Source: Alphaproteobacteria bacterium (GTDB taxonomy: Bacteria; Pseudomonadota; Alphaproteobacteria; UBA7887). From it: a stretch of 64,000 nt of DNA. The position numbers and the translations under genes were made by a program. The stretch covers positions 1,184,001 through 1,248,000 of the forward strand of contig CBDCGL010000011.1 of the NCBI GenBank assembly GCA_965216755.1, written 5' to 3'. Of the stretch, positions 8,787 through 17,114 are shown in pieces. How positions within the stretch are numbered: position 1 is the stretch's first letter; each line of letters opens with the position of its first letter. The notes under the pieces were generated by a model, which saw nothing but the letters and a program-made list of their open reading frames with translations, ran no database searches and was not told the origin of the DNA.

Positions 8787-9398
8787 GTGGCAAGATTCCT
8801 GACTGCCGCCCTTGTTGTTTTGTTTTGCTTAAATTGGCACACTGAGGCGGTGCGCGCGCATGGTGGTGTGTCGATCGAAGATGACATGTGTGTGCTTACG
8901 GCTGGGATTTATCGCGCGCATTTTACTGGTTATCAGCCGAGCAAGCGCGGCGCCCAAGAATTTTGCGAAGATATCCCAGAGGTAAGCCGAGCAATTATTG
9001 TCTTGGACTATATCGACCGGAAAATGCGCGAGTTGTCGGTTGACTTCCGAATCATTGTTGACGCGCAAAGTATTGGCAACACCGCAACATATGCGGATTT
9101 GGGGACCGAAGACGATATTCAAAAAAACACGATTTTCTATAAGGAAGCGGAGGTCTACAAAGCTGGTACGATCACCGTTGAATACGACTTTGATACGGCA
9201 GGCCAGTATATTGGCATCTTGACGGGGATCGATGACGATTTAGGCGAAACCTATATATCCGTGTTTCCGTTCTCGGTCGGTGTCACGTCTTATGCCACAT
9301 ATGTCCCCGTGGCGCTGGGCATTGTGGCGTTCATCGGCTTAATCTACTACTTCTCCGAACGAAAAAAGCGGCAGGACGCGCAGCGAAAGACGGCCTGA
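8787..9398 (+). CDS. PmoD/AmoD-family periplasmic copper protein with C-terminal membrane anchor
   Basis: AAGGAGG RBS; signal peptide then AHGGVSIEDDMC...HFTGYQP...EFCEDIP; C-terminal TM; directly after xmoB. Confidence 0.85.
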   Translation: MARFLTAALVVLFCLNWHTEAVRAHGGVSIEDDMCVLTAGIYRAHFTGYQPSKRGAQEFCEDIPEVSRAIIVLDYIDRKMRELSVDFRIIVDAQSIGNTATYADLGTEDDIQKNTIFYKEAEVYKAGTITVEYDFDTAGQYIGILTGIDDDLGETYISVFPFSVGVTSYATYVPVALGIVAFIGLIYYFSERKKRQDAQRKTA

Positions 9399-9474
9399 TG
9401 TTGCGAGCCGCCGGTTCAAGTCGTGTGCACAATGCTGGTCGTGCTGCCGCCTGTTATGGGGTGAAGGGTCATTC

Positions 9475-11169
9475 GTGAGACTCCTAGTCCTCTTTCTGAC
9501 CGCACTCTTTCTGGGGGCAGTAGCCATTTTGCTCTCCCCGCCAAGCTTGTGGCCTGAAGGTTTCCGGTCATTTTACCACGCGACATTTGGTGAATTTGCT
9601 TATCGCGCGCCACCACCAAGCTTAGCCAGCAGCACCGATGAACCAGAAGCGCCTTGTGACGGTCACGATGCGTCTTGGCGCAAATCCCAGACCATCGACG
9701 GTGTTGAGATTGAGGCGTCTCTGGCCTGTAACCCAGATAATCCCGCCGCGGTGGCGTCTTTCGTGAGGGGTACGAACAACGTCTCGCACATGACGTTGAT
9801 GGAAACGCAGCTGGCACCGGACGCAGTGATCAAAGACAACGACCGCGACGGCGATGGTGACCCGGACGAAATCCACATACGCCTGGAAGTCGTCGAATTG
9901 AATGGCGGGTCACCGGATCACAACCAGCTCGTACCGGCCTATGCCATCGCGCCGGGTGTACAACCGGGGTTTTGGGTCTTCGCGCCGAAAACACGTGGCA
10001 TGGCAACGGATAACCTTGAGGACCTGATCGCGAACCGCCTATTGCGCGTGCCATCACCGGTCATTCGCATCGAGAAAGGCGACGATGTCCATATCACGCT
10101 GGAAAATACCCACTACATGCCGCACACGATCCACTTTCACGGTGTCGATCACCCGTATATCGATGCGAATGGCGAAGGCAATGATGGAGTCCCACAAACC
10201 AGCGAAAAGCCAGTTATGCCCGGTGAAAGCCGCACCTATGACATGAGCCCCCGACAGACCGGTTCAATGTTCTATCACTGCCACGTTCAGCCCGACGTCC
10301 ATATCCTGATGGGATTGCAGGGCATGTTTGTGATCGAAGACGCGCGCGCCAACAATTGGGTGCAAACCCTGAACGTCGGCGCGGGTCAAGTTCGACAACG
10401 GTCTGTCGCTAGCCATCAATCGTATGATCGCGAGTATGACCTGCACTATCAGGATATTGACCGAGAGCTGCATGAGCTTATCCAAGTTTCGAACGATCCG
10501 CGCCTGATCATCAAAGACGCGCACCGCGCTTACGATGTTACGGAGCGCACGGCCGACTACTTCATGCTCAATGGTCGCTCGTTTCCGTACACCTTTCGCG
10601 AATCTCTGGTGGTCGTACGGCCCAATGAGGACGTCAAACTACGCGTCGCCAATGGCGCGGCCGAGGGCATCGCCTTACATACCCACGGTCACAAAGTCAC
10701 GATCACGCATTATGACGGTGTCGAACATAATCCCGCGGCACAAATCACGCGCGATGTGGTCAGCATTAGCCCCGCCCAACGAGTCGATCTGTTGCTGGAC
10801 ACGACCGATGACGGCCTGCACAGCTATGGTGAAGGTGTTTGGCTGATGCACGACCATCGGGAAGTTGGCATCACAACGGACGGGATCAGTCCGGGCGGCA
10901 ATGTCGCAGCCATCGTTTATGAAAGCTTTCTGGACGAGAACGCCTGGCCAAGAACACAGGGCGTCGATTGGTCGTCGTTCTTCACGCCAGAATATTACGC
11001 ACGGCAATTGCCAGTTTGGCTTTCGTATGATCTGCGCGGCGTCCTTGGCGACACGGCGGCAGGCCCCCTTCTCACAGTTCGCATTATTCTGTTTGCGATC
11101 GCCATTGGCCTGCTCGTCGGTGTCATCATCTTGATCCTGCGCGATGTTCGGACGCGCAGTGGACAGTAA
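9475..11169 (+). CDS. Membrane-anchored two-domain multicopper oxidase
   Basis: HTIHFHG and YHCHVQPDVHILMG (T1 Cu in domain 1); LHTHGH and MHDH (no Cys) in domain 2; hydrophobic N- and C-terminal segments. Confidence 0.85.
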   Translation: MRLLVLFLTALFLGAVAILLSPPSLWPEGFRSFYHATFGEFAYRAPPPSLASSTDEPEAPCDGHDASWRKSQTIDGVEIEASLACNPDNPAAVASFVRGTNNVSHMTLMETQLAPDAVIKDNDRDGDGDPDEIHIRLEVVELNGGSPDHNQLVPAYAIAPGVQPGFWVFAPKTRGMATDNLEDLIANRLLRVPSPVIRIEKGDDVHITLENTHYMPHTIHFHGVDHPYIDANGEGNDGVPQTSEKPVMPGESRTYDMSPRQTGSMFYHCHVQPDVHILMGLQGMFVIEDARANNWVQTLNVGAGQVRQRSVASHQSYDREYDLHYQDIDRELHELIQVSNDPRLIIKDAHRAYDVTERTADYFMLNGRSFPYTFRESLVVVRPNEDVKLRVANGAAEGIALHTHGHKVTITHYDGVEHNPAAQITRDVVSISPAQRVDLLLDTTDDGLHSYGEGVWLMHDHREVGITTDGISPGGNVAAIVYESFLDENAWPRTQGVDWSSFFTPEYYARQLPVWLSYDLRGVLGDTAAGPLLTVRIILFAIAIGLLVGVIILILRDVRTRSGQ

Positions 11170-11171
11170 CA

Positions 11172-12182
11172 ATGTTGCGACAAATAATCGTTGTCGGACT
11201 TGCTTTGTTGCCGTGCATCACCGCACCGGTCGAAGCACAACAAGAGACCGGCGCCGACGCGCAGAGTGACGATGGCGGCGTGACCGTGCCCGCCATGCTC
11301 AATGCGATTTCGCCGGACGGGGATAACGTCAACGTAACACATGGTCCCATTCCGGATATCGGTTGGCCGGCCATGACCATGGATCTGGGCCTGGGGCCAG
11401 ACGCCGAGATCGGCACTTTGGGACCCGACGATCCGGTCATGATGACGTTGGACCGCGATGAACAAGGCATGTACCGGATTCGGGAACTTCGCGCGGGCGA
11501 CGACCTCGAAGCCTCGACGGTCGAGGCGCTCCAGGCCGCGCGCGCGCGGACGGGCGGCGACGGCGGCGGCGACCATAGCGATCACCATGATCACGCCATG
11601 ACTATGGATATGGAAGGCATGGTCATGAACGAAAATGCCAACGAATTGCCCCAAGATTGCGCCGAAATCTCTGGAGACCACGAATTTGCGGTCCATGCTG
11701 GACACAAATACGCCCTGGCCCACGCCGGAACGATGTTCGGCTACGACCAAAACGTTTTTCGCGTGCCGGCATGTGCGCGCATCACGGTCACGCTCGTGAA
11801 CGACGACCAGATCCGACATCAGTGGATGGTGCACGGTCTGCCGCGCTACCTATATCAGCAAGGCATGTTCCACCTGGAGGCCGTCGGCGGCGCCCAAAAG
11901 ACAGGCACTTTCATCGTGCCAAGCACGCCACGTACGTATTTGATCCACTGCGATATCGCCCAGCACATGGAAATGGGCATGAAAGGGCAGCTCGTGGTCG
12001 CGGGTGGCGACGGCGATCTTCCTAGTATTCCCGGCGTATCGGGTGCGCGTCGACCGGACAATTACCGGCCGGGCGGATCGTCGTGGCGCATTGTCCTTGC
12101 GTGCGGCATCGCCGCCTGTGTCGCGGCGGCAATATTGGCCGTCGGTACGACTGTGACGAAGTCGCATCGGCGCGGTGGCTGA
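11172..12182 (+). CDS. CusF-like copper chaperone fused to a cupredoxin domain
   Basis: THGPIPDIGWPAMTM (CusF H/W/M/M); His/Met-rich linker DHSDHHDHAMTMDM; HQWMVHG and HCDIAQHMEMGM T1 Cu motif; C-terminal TM. Confidence 0.8.
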   Translation: MLRQIIVVGLALLPCITAPVEAQQETGADAQSDDGGVTVPAMLNAISPDGDNVNVTHGPIPDIGWPAMTMDLGLGPDAEIGTLGPDDPVMMTLDRDEQGMYRIRELRAGDDLEASTVEALQAARARTGGDGGGDHSDHHDHAMTMDMEGMVMNENANELPQDCAEISGDHEFAVHAGHKYALAHAGTMFGYDQNVFRVPACARITVTLVNDDQIRHQWMVHGLPRYLYQQGMFHLEAVGGAQKTGTFIVPSTPRTYLIHCDIAQHMEMGMKGQLVVAGGDGDLPSIPGVSGARRPDNYRPGGSSWRIVLACGIAACVAAAILAVGTTVTKSHRRGG

Positions 12183-12260
12183 TAAGCGACCGACGCGCTT
12201 GTTCTGAAGTCCCGCGCGCGGCAACCTTAACCGACGCATGCGTAGGAGGTATTGGGACCC

Positions 12261-13130
12261 ATGATCCGATTTGAGGCCTTGACACCCCGGTTCGGTGTCG
12301 CCGCTTTTGGCGTCGACCTGGCCAAAGGAGTTTCGGATGAAGATTTTCGCAAGCTTGTCGACGCGCTCTATGAAAACCGCGTGCTGGTGATCAAAAATCA
12401 GAGCTGTGACAAACAGACCTATCTTGATTTTGGTCGGCGCTGGGGCAGGCCAATCCCACATGTGCTGGATCACCTGCGTATGGCTGGATTTCCCGAAATG
12501 CTGGAGATCGGCAATACGCCATCGCATTCGGTCGCGCCCGAAGTCCGCAACGGTGCCGCGTTTTGGCATACGGACCAGTCTTACGACACAGAGCCTGCCA
12601 TGGTCACGATGCTCTATGCGCAAAAGGTCCCGGCGGTCGGTGGTGAAACACGTATCGCGGACATGTGTGCCGCCTATGACGATCTCGATGACTCGATGAA
12701 GGCACGCCTGAACGGCATGGAAGCGAACCATTTCTACGGTGCCGGAGAGTTGAAAGAAGGCGAACATCGTGCCGCGCCATTGATCAACCCGCGACAGGCT
12801 GCCGAGGTCCCGCCGATCTGTCATCCCATCGTTCGACCGCATTCGGTGACCGGCCGCAAGGCGCTGTACGCGGTCGCCGGGACAGCGTATGACATCGAGG
12901 GTCTGGATAGCGACGCCGCGACCGAGCTGCTGATCACCCTGCGTGACCACGCCACCCAACAGAGATATGTGTATGAGCACAAGTACGAGGTTGGCGACAT
13001 CGCCATCTGGGATACGCAGCTGACCTTGCATGCCGCCAAACCCATCGATCTGCCCGAAAAACCTGAACAGGAAAGGCTGTTGTGGCGAATCAGCGTTCGC
13101 GGCACGCCCGGCGTCTACGCCCACGCCTAA
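12261..13130 (+). CDS. TauD/TfdA family Fe(II)/2-oxoglutarate dioxygenase
   Basis: WHTDQS (HxD), GGETRIAD, HPIVRPHSVTGRKALY, IWDTQLTLHAA; AGGAGG upstream. Confidence 0.9.
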   Translation: MIRFEALTPRFGVAAFGVDLAKGVSDEDFRKLVDALYENRVLVIKNQSCDKQTYLDFGRRWGRPIPHVLDHLRMAGFPEMLEIGNTPSHSVAPEVRNGAAFWHTDQSYDTEPAMVTMLYAQKVPAVGGETRIADMCAAYDDLDDSMKARLNGMEANHFYGAGELKEGEHRAAPLINPRQAAEVPPICHPIVRPHSVTGRKALYAVAGTAYDIEGLDSDAATELLITLRDHATQQRYVYEHKYEVGDIAIWDTQLTLHAAKPIDLPEKPEQERLLWRISVRGTPGVYAHA

Positions 13131-13148
13131 TCACAGGGATCTTTAGAA

Positions 13149-14231
13149 ATGCGGATTGACCAGCTTCGCGCGGATCGATTTCGGCTGCCGCTTCCGGTGA
13201 CCCTATCTGACGCGACCCACGGCACCATGGCCGCGTTCGAAATCATCACCGCGCGGGTGCGTGATGCCGACGGCGCCAAGGGCATGGGCTACACCTATTC
13301 GATGGCCGGTGCCGGCGCCATTCACGCCGTCGTCGAGCAGGATCTGGCGCCGTTGATCGTCGGCGAAGACGGCGATCAAATCGAAAAACTATGGCAGCGC
13401 ATGTGGTGGCACACGCACTATGTCGGCCGGGGCGGCATTGCCGGATGCGGTATCGCCGCGATCGACATTGCGCTCTGGGACTTGAAGGCGCGTCGCGCGA
13501 AGATGCCCCTATGGCGCCTCCTTGGTGGACACGATGCCAAAGTCGCGGCGTATGCCGGTGGCATTGATCTGCAATTCCCTTTGGAACAGTTGCTCGATCA
13601 GACGCGGTCCAACCTCGAAAAAGGATTTCGCGCCATTAAGATGAAAGTTGGTCGCACACGGTTGAGCGAGGATGTCGCCCGCGTGCGTGCCATGCGTGAG
13701 CTATTGGGTGATGATTTTCCCTTGATGGTCGACGCCAATATGGGCTGGACCGTCGACCAGGCGATCCGTGCCTCGCGTCCGCTCGCGGAGCTGGATGTTT
13801 TTTGGCTCGAGGAGCCGACAATCCCTGATGATGTCGCCGGTCACGCGCGGATCCTACGTGATGGCATGATGCCCATCGCCGCCGGGGAAAACTTGCGCAC
13901 GATTCACGCGTTTCAAGAACTGATCCGCGCCGACGGTGTTTCGTTTCCCGAACCCGATGTGGCCGGCTGCGGCGGTATTACGCCGTGGATGAAGATCGCC
14001 CATTTGGCGGAGGCGGCGAACCTTCCCGTCACCTCGCACGGCGTGCACGACTTGCACGTCCATTTACTGGCCGCGGTTCCGAATAAATCCTATCTTGAGG
14101 TGCACGGCTTTGGCCTCGAGACCTATATCGAAGAACCCCTGGTTGTGGTTGATGGATTCGCCACGGCACCGGAAACAGACGGACACGGGATTGTTTTCGA
14201 TTGGGACGGATTGGAAAAGTTCCGCGCGTGA
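13149..14231 (+). CDS. Mandelate racemase/muconate lactonizing enzyme family protein
   Basis: AAIDIALWDL, KMKVG, VDAN, LEEP, AGEN, TSHG. Confidence 0.9.
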   Translation: MRIDQLRADRFRLPLPVTLSDATHGTMAAFEIITARVRDADGAKGMGYTYSMAGAGAIHAVVEQDLAPLIVGEDGDQIEKLWQRMWWHTHYVGRGGIAGCGIAAIDIALWDLKARRAKMPLWRLLGGHDAKVAAYAGGIDLQFPLEQLLDQTRSNLEKGFRAIKMKVGRTRLSEDVARVRAMRELLGDDFPLMVDANMGWTVDQAIRASRPLAELDVFWLEEPTIPDDVAGHARILRDGMMPIAAGENLRTIHAFQELIRADGVSFPEPDVAGCGGITPWMKIAHLAEAANLPVTSHGVHDLHVHLLAAVPNKSYLEVHGFGLETYIEEPLVVVDGFATAPETDGHGIVFDWDGLEKFRA

Positions 14232-14258
14232 CGCTTTCGCAAACCAACATTTGACCAA

Positions 14259-15152
14259 ATGACAACAATTCAAGCGGCCGCCGCGCCTGGTCCCGCCTCA
14301 CACAGTTTTTTCTCGCACCGTCTGCGCCTTCACTATGTCGACTGGGGCAACGAGTCGGCGCCGCCGATGATTATGGTCCATGGCGGCCGCGACCATTGCC
14401 GCAATTGGGATTGGGTGGCAGCCCGACTGCGCGACGACTACCACATCATCGCGCCGGATTTGCGGGGACACGGCGATTCACAGTGGGCGATCGGCGGTAG
14501 CTATACGCTGACCGAATATGTCTATGACTTGGCCCAACTGATCCACCAGACCTGCGTCGCTCCTGTCACGATCGTCAGCCACTCATTGGGTGGTATGATT
14601 TCGTTGCGTTATGCCGGACTGTATCCGGATAACGTGACCAAAGTCGTGTCCATCGAGGGGCTTGGCTTTTCGCCCGAGAAGATCGCGGAAGCCGAAGCCA
14701 AACCCGCTGATCAAAGGTTGACCGCGTGGATCACGCGCCTTCGAGGTCTGTCGGCACGCATGCCGCGGCGCTATCCTTCGATCGAAGAAGCTTTCCAACG
14801 CATGCAGGCGGAAAACCCACATTTGACGCCGCAGCAGGCGCGCCATCTAACCGTACACGGCGCCAACCAGAACGAGGATGGCACCTATAGCTGGAAGTTC
14901 GACAATTATGTGCGGACTTTTCCCGCCTACGACATTCCACAAGACCATCTGCATGCGATTTGGGGGCGTATCACCTGCCCCACCCTGCTCGTCAGGGGCA
15001 CCGAAAGCTGGGCCAGCGATCCGCTTGAGGACGGCCGAGCGGCGTTTTTCCAGAATGGCAAGGCTGTCAACATCGACGGCGCCGGCCACTGGGTCCACCA
15101 CGACAAGCTTGATGTCTTTATGGATTTGCTTGGCGATTTTTTAGCTGACTAA
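14259..15152 (+). CDS. Alpha/beta hydrolase
   Basis: VHGGRDHCRNWD, DLRGHGDS, SHSLGG, AGHWVHHD. Confidence 0.88.
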   Translation: MTTIQAAAAPGPASHSFFSHRLRLHYVDWGNESAPPMIMVHGGRDHCRNWDWVAARLRDDYHIIAPDLRGHGDSQWAIGGSYTLTEYVYDLAQLIHQTCVAPVTIVSHSLGGMISLRYAGLYPDNVTKVVSIEGLGFSPEKIAEAEAKPADQRLTAWITRLRGLSARMPRRYPSIEEAFQRMQAENPHLTPQQARHLTVHGANQNEDGTYSWKFDNYVRTFPAYDIPQDHLHAIWGRITCPTLLVRGTESWASDPLEDGRAAFFQNGKAVNIDGAGHWVHHDKLDVFMDLLGDFLAD

Positions 15153-15161
15153 GCAACAGAC

Positions 15162-15800
15162 TTACGACTGACCGCCGAATTTCGCAAGGCCATTCGGTAC
15201 GATTGCGGACTGCATCCAATGCCGCTCCGATCGGATGTGAGCTTCTCGGACCCATTTGGCCACACAACGGTGAAATTCACCAAAGCCGAAAGCGCTGACG
15301 CGACACACCACATAGCCCTCACTGGTCGCGGAATCGACAGCAATCGCCTTGATCCGCCGTTCATCCCATGGGCCAAGATAAAAAACGTCAGGCGGGATCA
15401 GGTCTAAAATCTTGAACCATTGGAGGGACTCGCGCCACGACAAACAAGTATTTTCATCATTCCATATCGAAAACGGAATGAAGTAACTTGGCAAGTTGTC
15501 GTATGCAACACTATGGCGGGCATAGAGGTTTTCGCCACAGACTCGCCAGCCTTCGGGTATGCGATGGCCGATTGTTGCCTGCAACTGTTTGACCCATGAC
15601 CGTGATGAATGGTGCCCACTATCCAAGGACCTTGCATGCAAGCCGTCCCTGTACAACGTGGTATTCTCGCCATCCATCTTTTCAGTGACGACGACCTCCT
15701 GGTCCGCAAACTCCGAAAGGTCTTCAATCACGACATCATCTGAGCTCCACCCCGGTGACCACGGTAAATGCGGGGTTCGTGGATACTTGTAACGTTTCAT
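15162..15800 (-). CDS. RNA ligase family nucleotidyltransferase (Rnl2-like core)
   Basis: KYPRTPHLPWSPG, motif I EKMDGEN, CGENLYARHS, EGYVV, AKWVR. Confidence 0.85.
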   Translation of the reverse strand: MKRYKYPRTPHLPWSPGWSSDDVVIEDLSEFADQEVVVTEKMDGENTTLYRDGLHARSLDSGHHSSRSWVKQLQATIGHRIPEGWRVCGENLYARHSVAYDNLPSYFIPFSIWNDENTCLSWRESLQWFKILDLIPPDVFYLGPWDERRIKAIAVDSATSEGYVVCRVSAFGFGEFHRCVAKWVREAHIRSERHWMQSAIVPNGLAKFGGQS

Positions 15801-15902
15801 TGCAAAATATTCTGTGCGCGTTCAGTCCTATGCAGCCTGCGCGATCGAGATTCAAGTCCATACCATCGCATCAGTTGTGCATTCCAACAACAGGCGCCCG
15901 CT

Positions 15903-16010
15903 CCTATTACGGTGTATTACGGTGACAGTTTACTAAATATACTATATATAGTTGGCTCTTATTACGTTTCCGGACATATAGTGTATTTAGTAAACTGTCA
16001 CCGTAATAGG
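15903..16010. repeat. Long AT-rich inverted repeat with internal tandem duplication
   Basis: Arms 15915-15947 and 15976-16008 are reverse complements at 32/33 positions, 28-nt loop; TATTACGGTG duplicated at 15905-15924. Confidence 0.9.
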
Positions 16011-16029
16011 GACCGACCAAGCATTGAAC

Positions 16030-16058
16030 TTGACATTCTGATATACCATTGATATACG
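16030..16058 (+). promoter_or_regulatory. Sigma70-like promoter overlapped by TGATATAC direct repeats (candidate repressor operator)
   Basis: TTGACA-N17-TATACG; TGATATAC at 16039-16046 and 16050-16057. Confidence 0.55.
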
Positions 16059-16100
16059 ATAAATATATTTCTGATGGTCGATGGTGTGAGGATCACTGCC

Positions 16101-17114
16101 ATGTCCCAACTGTCTCACCCAAATTTCGCGTTCCTCCAAAGCGAGGGTTTGATCTCCCTTGATGATGAGATCTTTGCCACCCCCCTCTCGGGCGGCGTGT
16201 CGTCTGAGATCTGGCATGTCCGCGGCAGCGAACGGCCCTATTGTGTAAAGCAGGCAAAGGCCAAGCTCGATGTTGCCGCAGACTGGTTTGCCCCTGTTGA
16301 ACGAAACGCGGCGGAGGCAGCCTGGCTGCGTGCGGTTGCAGGAATCTCGCGCGATGCGGTGCCCCAAGTCATCGCGGAAGATCAAACCAGCAACACGTTG
16401 GTGATGAGCTTTCTCGACCCCGCGGATTATCCGGTTTGGAAAGCGCAATTGGCCAGCGGCCATGTCAATCCTGCAACGGCGTTTCAGGTTGGGGCAACGC
16501 TCGGTACGATCCATGCTGGAACCGCGGACAGTCCGTCATTGGCGGCGGAGTTCGCCAACGACGACATGTTCATTTCGTTGCGCCTGTCGCCTTATTTCGA
16601 AGAATCCGGGCGCCGCAATTCAGATGTCGCGACGATACTTCATTACCTGTGCCAGCAAACATTGGCGACAAAACGGGTGCTTCTCCACGGCGACGTCAGT
16701 CCGAAAAACATCTTGGTGGGGCCACGCGGGCCAGTTTTTATCGACGCCGAATGCGCGTGTTTTGGGGATCCCGCGTTCGATGTCGCGTTTTGTCTCGCGC
16801 ATATGTTGCTGAAATGCGTGTTGCGGCGCGATTGTACTGATGCGCTCGACGCGTCCTACGGAGCGTTGCGGGAGGGATATTTTGGCGGTGTCTGTTGGGA
16901 GCCGCCGTCAGATCTCGAGTCCCGCGCGGCCCGGTTGGTCGCGGCCTTGTTGCTTGCGCGCGTCGACGGAAAATCGCCCGTCGAATATGTCAACACAGAC
17001 ACGCAGAAAGCGACCATACGCAGATTTGCCAAGCAGTGCTTGATCGCACCCAACTTAAGCCTCGGCGACATTCGTGCCGCTTGGCGGACAACAATTCGTA
17101 CAATGGATCAATGA
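16101..17114 (+). CDS. Aminoglycoside phosphotransferase/methylthioribose kinase-like protein
   Basis: LSGGVSSEIW, CVKQA, LLHGDVSPKNIL, IDAECACFGDPAFD; start could be 16074. Confidence 0.85.
   Translation: MSQLSHPNFAFLQSEGLISLDDEIFATPLSGGVSSEIWHVRGSERPYCVKQAKAKLDVAADWFAPVERNAAEAAWLRAVAGISRDAVPQVIAEDQTSNTLVMSFLDPADYPVWKAQLASGHVNPATAFQVGATLGTIHAGTADSPSLAAEFANDDMFISLRLSPYFEESGRRNSDVATILHYLCQQTLATKRVLLHGDVSPKNILVGPRGPVFIDAECACFGDPAFDVAFCLAHMLLKCVLRRDCTDALDASYGALREGYFGGVCWEPPSDLESRAARLVAALLLARVDGKSPVEYVNTDTQKATIRRFAKQCLIAPNLSLGDIRAAWRTTIRTMDQ

Noticed and set aside
11850-13124. 424-aa minus-strand ORF
   Set aside because: Antisense shadow of the TauD and cupredoxin genes; no motifs
15903-16010. 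CRISPR array or integron attC site
   Set aside because: Repeats are inverted with no spacers or cas genes; no RYYYAAC/GTTRRRY ends or integrase
16895-17110. 72-aa N-terminal extension of the enolase ORF
   Set aside because: Overlaps the kinase gene; enolase similarity starts at 17111
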